The translations under genes and the position numbers were made by a program. The notes below the pieces were generated by a model, which was not told the DNA's origin, ran no database searches, and saw only the letters and a list, made by a program, of their open reading frames with translations. Below, piece after piece: positions 40,776-54,745 of a stretch of 64,000 nt of DNA (within the stretch, counting starts at the first letter, position 1; each line of letters starts with the position of its first letter). The DNA comes from Eledone cirrhosa (taxonomy: Eukaryota): NCBI GenBank assembly GCA_964016885.1, contig OZ024744.1, forward strand, positions 16,988,001 through 17,052,000, read 5' to 3'.

Positions 40776-42712
40776 GGACGAACAGAAAGGATGCCGAAAG
40801 AAGTCACGTGGTACAAAGGACCAGTTACTTATTGATGAGATGGTAATGGGGAATTGCAGGAGGAGACACACTGATCTTGCCATGGGATGGATAGACTACA
40901 GAAAGGCATTTGACATGGTGCCTCATTCTTGGATCACCAAAAGCCTGGAGATCTTCAGGGTGGCAGATAACATCAGACAGTTGCTGGGCAGGAGTATGGG
41001 GTCCTGGGAGACAGAGTTGACATCAACTGGAGTATCCTTGGGAAGCGTGAAGATCAAGAGAGGTATCTTCCAGGGAGATAGCCTGTCCCCTCTGTTGTTT
41101 GTCCTTGCCCTGATGCCCTTGACCATTATGCTGCGAAAAGTGAGAGCAGGATACAAGTTGGGAAGGGGAGAGCTTACCATCAATCACCTCCTCTTCATGG
41201 ACGATCTTAACCTCTTCGGGAAGAGTGAGAAGGAGTTGGATGTGCTTGTTGACACTGTCCGTATTTTCAGCAGTGATATATGTATGCAGTTTGGTATTAG
41301 TAAGTGTGGAGTCATTGTGATGAGGAGGGGTAGGTTGAGCAGAAGTAACGGAATCCAGATACCAACAGGTGAGATGATAAAGGAAATTGACTCTGAGGAA
41401 GGATACAAGTATTTGGGCGTTCTGGGGGCTGATGACATCAAGAACAAAAGAATGAAGGAATTGTTAAGAACTGAATACATTCGGAGAGTAAGGAGCGTAT
41501 TGAAGTCACATCTGAACAGCAGAAATGCCATAAGCGCAGTAAATTCCCGAGCTGTGTCTATTATTAGGTACAGTGCGGGAATTCTGAGATGGAATGTTGC
41601 TGAACAAAAAGAAATGGATAGGAAGACTAGGAAGCTATTGACTATCTACAACATGTTCCACAAGAGGAGTGATGTCGATAGACTCTACCTAAGGAGATCT
41701 GAGGGTGGAAGAGGTCTTATCAGCATAGAGGACGTGTTCAGATGTAGAAAAACAACCTATACAAATACGTGACCTATAGTAAGGAGCCAATGCTCAGAAC
41801 TGTACTGAAGGAGGGGACAGTAGGCCAGGGGATGTCCAAGGAGGAAATAACATCAAGGAGGAAGAGCAGCCTTAAGGGAAAATCCCTTCATAGTACCTTC
41901 TTTGAGAAAACTGAATTTAGAGATCCACAGACATGGAACTGGTTGAGAAGAGGAGACCTCAAAAAGGCTACAGAAGGAATGCTAATGGCTGCGCAGGAGC
42001 AGGCCCTAAAAACGAAGTGGTTGAAGCACCATATTTACAAGGAGGAGGCTAGCCCACTGTGCAGGATCTGTGGAGAGAGAGAGGAGACTGTGGCTCACAT
42101 TGTGTCCGAGAGTAAACACCTAGCCCAGACCCACTATAAGGGCTGGAGACACGATGTGATGGGAAGGGTGATCCACTGGCACCTGTGCAAAGTAAACAAT
42201 TTACCACATTCTGAGAAATGGTATGAGCATAGGCCAGAGGCGGTGATGGAGAACAATCAGGTGAAGGTGCTGTGGGATTTTAGGATACAGACGGACAAAA
42301 AACTGGAACACAATAGACCTGACCTGGTGGTTGTGGACAAAGAAAAAAGATCGTGTCTGATTGTGGATGTGGCCTGCCCGTTCGACACGAGAGTGCAAGA
42401 GAAGGAGAGGGAGAAAATTAACCGATACCAGGACCTTAAGTGGGAGGTGAAAGGGATTTGGAACTGCCATGAAGTCAAAGTGATCCCGATTGTCATAGGC
42501 ACACTGGGGACTATCTCCAAAAGTTTCCAGGGATGGTTAAAGAAAATCGGCCCCTTCACGCTTTTTGGAACGCTTCAAAAGGCATGCTTGCTTGGAACAG
42601 CAAGAACCCTCCGATACGTCCTGAATATCTGAGGCTGCAGGTAGTGGCTTGATATTCATTCCAACGGACTTTCCAGTTAACCAACATCAATGACTGAGAT
42701 TCAAGGAATAAC
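40775..42712 (+). mobile_element. R4/Dong-like RLE element, family A, 5'-truncated
   Basis: RT ([24 protein letters not shown]), knuckle and RLE (NRPD..D); frameshift near 41750; (AAT)n flanks. Confidence 0.95.
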
Positions 42713-42753
42713 AACAACAATAATAATAATAATAATAATTATTATTATTATTA

Positions 42754-42938
42754 TTTCTACATTAGGCACAAGGCCAGCAATTATCCAGTGTATTACTGGT
42801 ACTTTATTTTATCGACCCCGTAAGGATGAAAGGCAAAGTTAACCTCGGCGAGATTTGAACTCAGAATGGCAAGGGCCGTAACTCTATGCGTCAAAGCATG
42901 ACGCCCGACCCTCTACCGATACTGCCAATCCACCGCCC
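42754..42938 (-). mobile_element. tRNA/Nin-domain SINE inserted in (AAT)n
   Basis: Same family as 6464 and 33561. Confidence 0.9.
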
Positions 42939-42939
42939 T

Positions 42940-42974
<35 letters not shown>

Positions 42975-42975
<1 letters not shown>

Positions 42976-44133
42976 GTTGCGTTGAAAACTGCAACAATTG
43001 GATTATCCACATATCTAAGGGAATCACATGATTGGATGATCAAACTCGTTTTGAAACACGAAAGTACCAAAAGATCATATTCCATTACAAAAGATGCACA
43101 AAGATACAGTAATGGACTACAAATTTCAGAAGTCCCATTTACTGCTGAAATGGAAAACACAGAAAAAGCAAAGCAGGTAAAAGTAACTGCAAAGAAAGAA
43201 CTGCTACAGAAACTGGCTAAGAAATGGCAAGAAAAGCCTCTGTATGGAAAATACCCAGAGCGAGCTAACAATCCTGATGTTGACAAAACTTTAACCCATC
43301 AGTGGTTGGCATCCTCTGGACTGAAATCGGAGACTGAAGGACTGATTATATCGGCACAAGATCAGTGTCTGCCAACAAAAAATTACCAAGCCAACATAAT
43401 AAAAAATGGGTGCAGCCCATTATGCCGTGTATGCAAAAAACAACCAGAGACCATTGACCATATAATTTCAATGTGCAGTCCTATAGCTCCAACCGAATAC
43501 CTAAACAGGCATGACAGAGCTGCACAATACATACATTGGATAATGTGTAAGCATTTTGACCTGCCCCATCAAAAGAATTGGTGGGAGCATCAACCACCTC
43601 CCATACTTGAAAAAGATCACATCTCAATCTTGTGGAACTTTAGCATCCAAACAGACCGAAAAATAGATGCAAATAGACCTGATATAATATTGAAGGACTT
43701 TTAAAAGAGGGTATGCCTGCTAATTGATATGTCTGTTCCAATAGACAAGAATGTATCTATAAAAACATTTGAAAAATTGAGCAAGTATAAGGACCTAGAG
43801 CTAGAAATTGGAAAAATGTGGAAATTGAGAACTAAAACAATACCAGTGGTTGTAGGCGCTCTGGGAATGATACCTAAGGGGTCTAATGACTACTTATCGC
43901 AAATCCCAGGAAACCCGCATATACGAGAAATACAAAAGATAGTACTAATGGGAACTGCCCATATACTAAGGAAGATTCTGTCAATATAAGTACATCACAA
44001 GTCTAAACAATAGAGATGCATGTGTGAATATGTATGTTCTTTCTTGAACATGGCGGACCTTGTTGTCTCTTGAGGTCACTGGTTGTGACTTGGTGATAAC
44101 TCGTATGAACATAAAGCAAGATAAATGCAACTG
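42975..44133 (+). mobile_element. R4/Dong-like family B, copy 1 (short)
   Basis: Nearly identical to 45284-46441; TAA at 43702-43704. Confidence 0.95.
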
Positions 44134-44159
44134 TAATAATAATAATAATAATAATAATG

Positions 44160-46441
44160 ATGGCTAGTTAACGGCATTACATTCCTGCTTCCGAATAATG
44201 ATGAGACAAACAATCCCAAAAATTACAGACCGATAACTTGCTTGACCACAATGTATAAAATTTTAATATCAGTCCTAACTGAATACACATATGACCACCT
44301 GATAACAAATGACCTATTTCCCATTGAGCAGAAAGGGTGTAAACGAGGCTCATATGGCTGTAAGGATCAGCTTCTGGTTAACAAAATGATACTGGAAGAT
44401 TGTCATAATAGACCCAAAAATCTATCGATTGCTTGGATAGATTATAAAAAAGCATTCGATAGTTTGCCACACAGTTGGATTGAAAAATGTTTAGAGATTT
44501 TCAAAATATCCCCCGTTGTCAGGAGGTTTTTGTCATTCAGTATGAAGACATGGAAAACGACACTCCTTTTGAATAGTGAAACAAAATTACTGGAACCTGG
44601 AGAAGTTAATATTAATTGTGGAATTTTTCAGGGTGACTCTTTATCACCGTTTTTATTCTGCATCGCACTTATACCATTAAGTAAAATGCTCAATGAAACA
44701 AAACATGGATATAAAGTCTATGACAAAACCATTAATCACCTGTTCTACATGGATGACCTGAAACTATTTGCAAAAAATGATGAACAATTGCAAGGGCTAT
44801 TATCCACTGTGAAGCAGTTCAGTGATGACATTAAGATGGAGTTTGGACTAGATAAATGCGCCAAAGCAACGTTCACCAGAGGAAAGCTGCTGAAGAGTTC
44901 AGACATTAATCTTGATCGGGGGAACGTGATAAGAGAACTTGATCAAGAAAAAACTTACAAATATCTAGGTGTTTGTGAAGGAGATGGAATCAAGCACTCG
45001 ACAATGAGGGAAAGGATAAGGAAGGAATGTTACCGCAGAGTAAGAGCAATCTTAAGAACGGAATTGAATGCAAGGAATAGGATCGATGCCATAAACACGC
45101 TTGCCATACCAGTAGTAACCTACAGTTACAATGTCATCAACTGGTCAAGCACAGAGATCCGTAGGCTCGATATAGAAATTCGAAAATTCTTAACCATGCA
45201 CAGAATGTATAACCCTAAGGCAGATATAGATAGAATATATCTCCCTAGGAAAGAAGGAGGACGTGGGTTAATCCAGTTAGACATTGCGTTGAAAACTGCA
45301 ACAATTGGATTATCTACATATCTAAGGGAATCACATGATTGGATGATCAAACTCGTTTTGAAACACGAAATCATCAAAAGATCATATTCCATTACAAAAG
45401 ATGCACAAAGATACAGTAATGGACTACAAATTTCAGAAGTCCCATTTACTGCTGAAATGGAAAACACAGAAAAAGCAAAGCAGGTAAAAGTAACTGCAAA
45501 GAAAGAACTGCTACAGAAACTGGCTAAGAAATGGCAAGAAAAGCCTCTGTATGGAAAATACCCAGAGCGAGCTAACAATCCTGATGTTGACAAAACTTTA
45601 ACCCATCAGTGGTTGGCATCCTCTGGACTGAAATCGGAGACTGAAGGACTGATTATATCGGCACAAGATCAGTGTCTGCCAACAAAAAATTACCAAGCCA
45701 ACATAATAAAAAATGGGTGCAGCCAATTATGCCGTGTATGCAAAAAACAACCAGAGACCATTGACCATATAATTTCAATGTGCAGTCCTATAGCTCCAAC
45801 CGAATACCTAAACAGGCATGACAGAGCTGCACAATACATACATTGGATAATGTGTAAGCATTTTGACCTGCCCCATCAAAAGAATTGGTGGGAGCATCAA
45901 CCACCTCCCATACTTGAAAAAGATCACATCTCAATCTTGTGGAACTTTAGCATCCAAACAGACCGAAAAATAGATGCAAATAGACCTGATATAATATTGA
46001 AGGACTTTTAAAAGAGGGTATGCCTGCTAATTGATATGTCTGTTCCAATAGACAAGAATGTATCTATAAAAACATTTGAAAAATTGAGCAAGTATAAGGA
46101 CCTAGAGCTAGAAATTGGAAAAATGTGGAAATTGAGAACTAAAACAATACCAGTGGTTGTAGGCGCTCTGGGAATGATACCTAAGGGGTCTAATGACTAC
46201 TTATCGCAAATCCCAGGAAACCCGCATATACGAGAAATACAAAAGATAGTACTAATGGGAACTGCCCATATACTAAGGAAGATTCTGTCAATATAAGTAC
46301 ATCACAAGTCTAAACAATAGAGATGCATGTGTGAATATGTATGTTCTTTCTTGAACATGGCGGACCTTGTTGTCTCTTGAGGTCACTGGTTGTGACTTGG
46401 TGATAACTCGTATGAACATAAAGCAAGATAAATGCAACTGT
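44160..46441 (+). mobile_element. R4/Dong-like family B, copy 2
   Basis: 589-aa RT + knuckle ORF 44242-46011 (NYRPITCL, FYMDD, CRVCK..HIISMC, NRPD); TAA at 46009-46011, with the RLE continuing in frame to 46296. Confidence 0.95.
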
Positions 46442-46703
46442 AATAATAATAATAATAATAATAATAATGATTTTATTTATTGGCCACAAGAGCCGACATA
46501 TAGGGGGCAATACAAAAGACTAGGACTGGGGTTTTACAGAAAAATCGAGTAAACAATATGAATCACAATAACAAACGAGAAAAAATTCCCCAATAGGGGG
46601 GATGACCACCCAGGGTTCGCTCAGGTACCCCACCAATCCTGAACGACCCGACGCTTCGAGAGCACCCTGGAAGGGCACCCCTCTCCTCTTCAAATTTACC
46701 TAC

Positions 46704-49700
46704 CTACAGCCGCATGACCAGAGTAGGCCCAGGCACACGGACCATTCTCGCCACATTCACCCACCTTTCGGCAAATGTACTGGGGGGGGGGGGGGCAGCA
46801 CTTCTCTCTCCACCCTCACCTTCCTTTCCAAGTGAAACTTGAAGAAGTTGATGAGGGATTGGCCGAAGAGAAAAGTGTCTGTCTTCAGTCCTTTCAACCT
46901 CGTCCACCATACAACCTCTTTCGCTACTGCCACCAGACAGAGGAAAATTGCCTGCCCTTCCTGGCCAAAAGAAGGTGGCGGGTCGATCTTCACTATGGAC
47001 TCGGCCGATAGCCGGATCCGTTCTACACGCGACAACAGCTGTTCAACATAACTCCACAAGTCAGTAATGCACGGACACTGGACGAGTGCGTGCAGAACGG
47101 TTTCGTCGCTCTGCGCGCATCTCGGGCAGGTCCGTCTGACAGCACTTCCGTGCCTGTAGAGTTTATCTCGAACTGGCACTGCCAAGCGAGGGATTTTTGG
47201 AAATTATCCATCGTCCTCGGCTCGAAAGTCCTCCAGTACAGACTGGTTAGTTCGACTGTTGACACCCAGAGCCTCTCCGAGGGCGTCGTCGCACTTGCCC
47301 ACCACTAATCCTCTATAGAACTCGAGAGTGGAAGTTCCACTGATCGCATTGTCCACCTGGTAGAGGGCAGTGAGGGCCTGGCAATATTCCAGATGCCAGG
47401 CACCCAGTCTCGGTCTCTTCTTGACCCAGGACTGCAGCTCAGTCAAAGAAACGAGCTGCGGAAAGGCCCGTCTGATAAACGGTGACCACACCTGTTCACC
47501 GTTTAGGCAGAATATCTGGAGATGACGTAGCCTCAGCGCGTTCCTGTGCATCATTAGCCACGGCATGCCCAGCCCTAGATGTAGAGGGTGCTAGCAGCAG
47601 ATGGACCACCTCACCAGCGGAACTTGACCCCTCCACAAGAATTTGAAGAGGAGCCGCTCCAAGATGGCGAGGCAACGGGGTCAAGGGACGACAGTCAGAC
47701 GGTAGTAGATGACGGACGCGATGTACGCGTTCACCACCTCCGCCCGACCTTTCAGTGATAGCGTCATCCCAGCCCATTTCTGGGTGAGACTGGCTACCCT
47801 TCCCGTCCCCTCGTCCCAATTCTTATCCACCAGGAGGTCTGGCCCGAAGCAAACCCCGAGCAACTTTACCGGTCCGTCCGTCCAGCGCCTAACGATGCTG
47901 TTGGACGGCATGGACTTGCCTCTCCAGGTGCCGAGTTGCAAGCCCACCGACTTTTCCGGGTTTAGTTTTGCTCCCGTCAACCTTTCATATTCCTCCAATA
48001 AGTTGCCGACCACCTCGATTTCTGAGGTGTCCGACACCATCACGGTGATGTCGTCCGCATAAGCCGACACAACCTTTCCGCGTTCCGGTTCGAGCGGGAT
48101 GCCCTGCAACAGCTCCAGCTTCCGCAGTAAGTGCTCGAGAGTCAATACGTATAGAAGGGAGGAGAGAGGGCACCCTTGACGGACCGATCGGGAGACCTGA
48201 AAAGGTTCCGAGAGGTGGCCATTAATTTTGACCATCGAGCAGGTGCCACTGTGCATTGCAGCGATCCAGCTTCTGAAGACGGGGCCGAAGCCAGCCGCCT
48301 TGAGGACAGCCTCCAGGTACCGATGGTCGATCCTATCGAATGCTTTCGATTGATCTAAATTGATCAGAGCCACATCGAAGCCAGATTTACACCCTACCCT
48401 CTCTATGATATATCGCATTAGGTGGAGGTTGTTGTGTATGGACCTGGTTGGGATTGCGCAAGTTTGCGCCTCCCCAACCAAATCCCCGACGAAAAGCGCC
48501 AACCTCTTCGCTAACACCCTGGCCAACATCTTAAACTCTGTATTGAGCAGAGTTATGGGCCTGAAATTGTCTAATGTGTCCCTCTTGTTCTCGTCTTTCC
48601 TTATCAGCGTCACTACGCTCCGGCTCACAGAACTGGGAATACTCCTGATTTGCTGCCAGTTGCAGCAGAGGGCTTCGAGTCTGGCATATTTACGTAAAGC
48701 TCGTAGGGCAGACCAGCCGAACCGGTGACTTGCGCCTCATGCAGCCGACAAGAGCATCCTGATATCTCGGCTGAAGTAATTTGGCCTTTCGCAGCGCCCA
48801 GCGTCAGCCGTCGAGTATTGCGGCAAGCCTTCGAGGTAGGGACTGAAGTCCGCCACCATCTCTGACCCGCCACTTCCCCCGAACAACCGAGCAAAATGTT
48901 GGCGAAAGGCCTCACACATCCGCTTGGAATCGCTCAGCTCGTGCCCGTCTCGGCCCGTCAAAGACCGAATCGTGGTTTTATTACCACGCTGCGCCTCTGC
49001 CACGCGGGCCCATCGAACAGCTTTGGTTCCCTCGTTTCTCAGAGCACGCGCCTTAGCTCTGACAATGCAACCTTCGTGTTTCGCATTGAAGAAATGGTCT
49101 AATGCCATTCTCGCCGCTAGCACATCAGTTGCAATGCCACTATCAATAGCCTCGTCTAACTTATCTACCAACTCCCCCTCCTTTCTATTTTTCTCTAACG
49201 CTACTTCTTTAGTAAACTCTATCGACATTACTCTAATCTCTCTTTTGAGAGCCCCCCCCCCCATCTATTGTTGACGACTCCCCCTGTCAACTTTTTCTTA
49301 ACTAAATTGTTGCCCTGGTCCCTGTGAGCCTTACGTGCCGGAAATGACATGTTTAGTTTCCAGTAACGAGGTCCTAACCTACGCGTCTTATCTAGGTCGA
49401 TCATTCAGATCACAAACTTGTGATCTGAATAGGCGACCGTTTCAAAACGTGGACAGCTTACACTATTTCTGTGTATTTTCCTAATGAATATCCTGTCTAT
49501 ATACGATCTAGATGACACTATGTGGTTAGCCCAAGTCCACACTGGCGCATTAGGAATATCTAGTCGGTACCTGTCAGACAGTTGGAACTGGCTGATCAGG
49601 TTCTTGAGACTTTTGCACCCCCCGCTCCTATTGGATACTCCCACACAGTCCCAGCGTGCGTCTAAGATGCCGTTCCAGTCCCCCGCTAACAGTAAAGGGC

Positions 49701-50098
49701 GAGACGTACCCAGAAAGGCTTCCAGGCGTCTAAAGAAGTCCGACCGTCCTGCCCCAGTAGGAGCATAGACGGCCACCAGTCTAAAGGCACCACCTTCGTT
49801 ATTGTTCACGTCCAGGACCACCAACTTCCCGTCCGGGTCTCGGAAGATCGACCTTACCTCGAGATCTAGGCCTTTCCTTAACAGGCCTGCCACCCCGATT
49901 CATTCCCGGCCGGCTAACCGGTGCAAAGATCTGATAGTCGTCGAAAATGGGGCCTAGTGCGCGCGTGTCGGAAATCCTGGTCTCGCTGACGGCAATTACA
50001 TCCATTTCTAGAGACCTAAGGTCGTTGAGCAGGTGACCCTGCTTCCAGGACGATCCCAGGCCTCGAGCATTTAAACACCCTACTCTTAATACGGCCAT
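46704..50098 (-). pseudogene. ORF2: APE endonuclease + RT + zinc knuckle (frameshifted)
   Basis: CLNARGL..SET..VYAP..GDWN..YIDRIF..SDH; FRPITLLN, DQSKAFD, VRQGCPLS, YADD; CPRC..HALVQC. Confidence 0.9.
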
Positions 50099-50129
50099 GT
50101 TGGCAGGTTAAACAGAGAGAGAAGAAGGT

Positions 50130-52093
50130 TTACTTACCTTCCGGGCTCTTGTGAAGGTCGGGTTGTTCGACCTCCATAGATAGTGGGGTTTCTTTTGGGA
50201 ACCCCTTTAAAAGTTTTGAAGTGGGTTTTACGTTCGGGGTTCCCACGTCCCGAGGAAAGCTGTCTCGTATTTCTTTGTATAAATCGAGCGACATTCGCAC
50301 CAGAACCAAATCTTCCGGCACGCGAAATGTGCTCGATTTAAAAATTCCCCCCTCTTTTTGTATATTTTCACTTCGTGCTACGAGGGCCATCAGTTCCTTG
50401 TTGGCCCTCCTGACGATCACGAAGTTTTGTATGTTTTGTTGGTGTGATTTTATTTGTTTGCGTGGCTGTGGTGGAGATGGTTTTGGTGGTGTCGTTTCGG
50501 TTGTGTCTGGGTTTGTTGTGAGTGCGGTGTCTGTGGTTTCAGATGTTTGTGTGTATATTTGTTCTTGCGTCTGTTTAGGTTGTTTGCGTTTGGGGGATTC
50601 TGGTGATGGTGATGGTGGTGTTGATGTTGGTGTTATTGGAGAGATGTTTGCGTGGGTGGTGTCTGCGTTTTTTATTGTGGGTGATTTTGTGCTTTGTTGA
50701 GTTTTTTTTTCTTTTTGTGATTCCTTTTTTTGTATTTTGGGGGATTTTGGTTTTCCCTCATCATCACTACTGGTAGATGAGGGTTCTGTGTCTGTAAGTG
50801 TCTGTGTGTATGTTTATGGTTTTATTGGTGTGTGTATTTTGGGGGGGAGGGGGAATTTGACAGCTTTCCTCGTTTCCGCCCTGGGTTGTCAATGTTGGTG
50901 GTGGTCTTTCTATTGGTGTTGTTGTTAGTGGTTTTGCCGGTGCTGGTGTGCTTGTGGTCCTCGCCCCGGCGTCGGCAGCAGTGGAGTCTTTCGACCCCTT
51001 GCCTCTTTCAGCAGTTGAGGGCAGAAGGCTCGCAAATGGGTTTTTCCCCACAAACAAAACACTGCGGCCTTTTGCCTTCGGTCATAATGTGAATGACAGT
51101 CCCATTCTGAAGTCGGATGTGGTCTGGGATTGTCTTCACATTCTCGGGCCTGATCTGGAGAAGGATCTCAAGGTCAACCCCGGACCAGTCCTCTCTGGCC
51201 GTTCTGGTCACTTCTATAGGGACGGTATCCGTCCCCTCCACAATCACACATCCCAGAAGCCACCACATGTCAAGCCTGGTGGGATTCTGGGAATGCGGAG
51301 ACGTGCCGTTCTTTTTCCCATGTGGGAGGGGTACATTATGACCTTGCTTGTTTTGCAAGGAGTCATAGCGTGTTTGATAACGAGGACTTCTGACTTGAAC
51401 AACACCGAAATGGTGCCGTACTGTCTGCCCCTCGCTATATATTCGGTGTCTTCTCTGATGCACCTCAGCGCGACTTCGATATCTTCTTGTGGGATTAACG
51501 CTGCCCTTTTGGTTTGTGCTGAGATGCATCTATAATGCACCGTTCTGCCTCAATAGCTTCTACCGGGACAGTTAAGTTGACCCAGGTTTGCTCTTGCTTG
51601 ATGAGCTTCCATGCCTGGGCCAACTTTTCATCTTTGTTTGAGAGGTCCATGTTGAATCATGGCCTCTTATTTGCTGCTGCCGCAGCGAAAGTGTTCTTGT
51701 TTTAGTTGGGGGTGTTGTTGTTGTCGTTGTTCTTGTTGGTGTTGTTGTTATCACTGTCGCTGTTATCATTGTTGTCTTTGTTGCTGCCGTTGTTCTCGGT
51801 GCAGTTGGTATTGTTGCTGTTGGTGTTGTCGCTATTTGTTTTCATGTTAGTGGTGTTGATATTGTTGTTGCATTTGTCATTTTTTTTTTGTTATCTGTAT
51901 TTTCGTTGTCGCTGTTACTGTCATTTTTTTCAAAATTAGAGTTCTCATTGGTATCATTGGTGTCTTTGTTTACCTTGTTTGAAGTGGTGTTTGTGTTATC
52001 AATTTGTGTTACTTTCGCTGTAGCGCTCTTCTCAACTTCTACGTCGCTCTCGCACGACAGCAGACATATCGCTGGGGGGCGTGGCTCAGCCAT
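50130..52093 (-). pseudogene. ORF1 (gag-like, Thr/Asn-rich N-terminus, partial CCHC knuckle)
   Basis: EGKRPQCFVCGEK; homologous to ORF1 of the second family; frameshifted. Confidence 0.75.
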
Positions 52094-52317
52094 GTTTTTT
52101 TTTTGTTTTTTTCCTCGTAAATTTTTTAAAATGTAAAAAAAGTTCAAATATTTGGGCCAAAAGGCCCAAATATTATTCTTTCCCCTTCAGGGCAAAGTCC
52201 AATGGCTTGTATGCCTTACACAACAACAAAATTCAAAAAATCAGTTTTGATAGGTAAATAAGTGAACTTACGGGAGCGAGCAAAAAGACGTCCGTTCAGA
52301 CTCAATAAAAATAATAC

Positions 52318-52374
<57 letters not shown>

Positions 52375-52375
<1 letters not shown>

Positions 52376-54727
52376 TGCTAAATCAATACCACCCAAGGAG
52401 GAAGTGCAAGAATTCTGGGAAAAGATCTGGGCCGAAGAAAAAGTTCATAACATACATGCCCCATGGATAGACAGACAAATGAAAGAAACAGCTCACCTTG
52501 AAGAACAAACATGGGAAAATATAACAGTTGAACAGCTGCGCTTGGCTCTAAGAAAAACCAGCAAATGGAAATCCCCAGGAAAAGACAAAATACAAAACTT
52601 TTGGATAAATGCCTTCACAGAGTCTCATGAGCTGTTAGTCCAACTTTACAATGAAATAGTTAAGGAGCCAGAAAAGATACCATCATGGCTAGTTAACGGC
52701 ATTACATTCCTGCTACCGAAGAATGATGAGACAAACAATCCCAAAAATTACAGACCGATAACTTGCTTGACCACAATGTATAAAATTTTAACATCAGTCC
52801 TAACTGAATACACATATGACCACCTGATAACAAATGACCTATTTCCCATTGAGCAGAAAGGGTGTAAACGAGGCTCATATGGCTGTAAGGATCAGCTTCT
52901 GGTTAACAAAATGATACTGGAAGATTGTCATAATAGACACAAAAATCTATCGATTGCTTGGATAGATTATAAAAAAGCATTTGATAGTTTGCCACACAGT
53001 TGGATTGAAAAATGTTTAGAGATTTTCAAAATATCCCCCGTTGTCAGGAGGTTTTTGTCATTCAGTATGAGGACATGGAGAACGACACTCCTTTTGAATA
53101 GTGAAACAAAATCACTGGAAGCTGGAGAAGTTAACATTAATTGTGGAATTTTTCAGGGTGACTCTTTATCACCGCTTTTATTCTGCATCGCACTTATACC
53201 ATTAAGTAAAATGCTCAATGAAACAAAACATGGATATAGAGTCTATGACAAAACCATTAATCACCTGTTCTACATGGATGACCTGAAACTATTTGCAAAA
53301 AATGATGAACAATTGCAAGGGCTATTATCCACTGTGAAGCAGTTCAGTGATGACATTAAAATGGAGTTTGGACTGGATAAATGCGCCAAAGCAACGTTCA
53401 CCAGAGGAAAGCTGCTGAAGAGTTCAGACATTAATCTTGATCGGGGGAACGTGATAAGAGAGCTTGATCAAGAACAAACTTACAAATATCTATGTGTTTG
53501 TGAAGGAGACGGAATCAAGCACTCGACAATGAGGGAAAGGATAATGAAGGAATGTTACCGCAGAGTCAGAGCAATCTTAAGAACGGAATTGAATGCAAGG
53601 AATAGGATCGATGCCATAAACACGCTTGCCATACCAGTAGTAACCTACAGTTACAATGTCATCAACTGGTCAAGCACAGAGATCCGTAGGCTCGATACAA
53701 AAATCCGAAAATTCTTAACCATGCACAGAATGCATCACCCTAAGGCAGACATAGATAGAATATATCTCCCTAGGAAAGAAGGAGGACGTGGGTTAATCCA
53801 GTTAGACATTGCGTTGAAAACTGCAACAATTGGATTATCCACATATCTAAGGGAATCACATGATTGGATGATCAAACTCGTTTTGAAACACGAAAGCACC
53901 AAAAGATCATATTCCATTACAAAAGATGCACAAAGATACAGTAATGGACTACAAATTTCAGAAGTCCCATTTACTGCTGAAATGGAAAACACAGAAAAAG
54001 CAAAGCAGGTAAAAGTAACTGCAAAGAAAGAACTGCTACAGAAACTGGCTAAGAAATGGCAAGAAAAGCCTCTGTATGGAAAATACCCAGAGCGAGCTAA
54101 CAATCCTGATGTTGACAAAACTTTAACCCATCAGTGGTTGGCATCCTCTGGACTGAAATCGGAGACTGAAGGACTGATTATATCGGCACAAGATCAGTGT
54201 CTGCCAACAAAAAATTACCAAGCCAACATAATAAAAAATGGGTGCAGCCCATTATGCCGTGTATGCAAAAAACAACCAGAGACCATTGACCATATAATTT
54301 CAATGTGCAGTCCTATAGCTCCAATATGTCTGTTCCAATAGACAAGAACGTATCTATAAAAACATTTGAAAAATTGAGCAAGTATAAGGACCTGGAGATA
54401 GAAATTGGAAAAATGTGGAAATTGAGAACTAAAACAATACCAGTGGTTCTAGGCGCTCTGGGAATGATACCTAAGGGGTCTAACGACTACTTATCGCAAA
54501 TCCCAGGAAACCCGCGTATAGGAGAAATACAAAAGATAGTACTAATGGGAACTGCCCATATACTAAGGAAGATCCTGTCAATATAAGTACATCACAAGTC
54601 TAAACACTAAGGATGCATGTGTGAATATGTATGTTCTTTCTTGAACATGGCGGACCTTGTTGTCTCTTGAGGTCACTGGTTGTGACTTGGTGATAACTCG
54701 TATAAACATAAAGCAAGATAAATGCAA
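52375..54727 (+). mobile_element. R4/Dong-like family B, copy 3 (longest; ~235-bp internal deletion)
   Basis: 645-aa ORF 52404-54341; junction GCTCCAA|TATGTC near 54324 lacks the sequence equivalent to 45800-46034. Confidence 0.95.
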
Positions 54728-54745
54728 ATAATAATAATAATAATG

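Larger units (their letters stand above)
46470..52303 (-). mobile_element. Full-length Tx1/L1-like LINE, family 1
   Basis: ORF1 52093-50130, ORF2 50098-46704, AATAAA at the 3' end, (AAT)n on both sides; several frameshifts. Confidence 0.95.

Noticed and set aside
43696-43710. Programmed frameshift at TTTTAAAAG
   Set aside because: The downstream RLE continues in the same frame, so a frameshift would not restore it.
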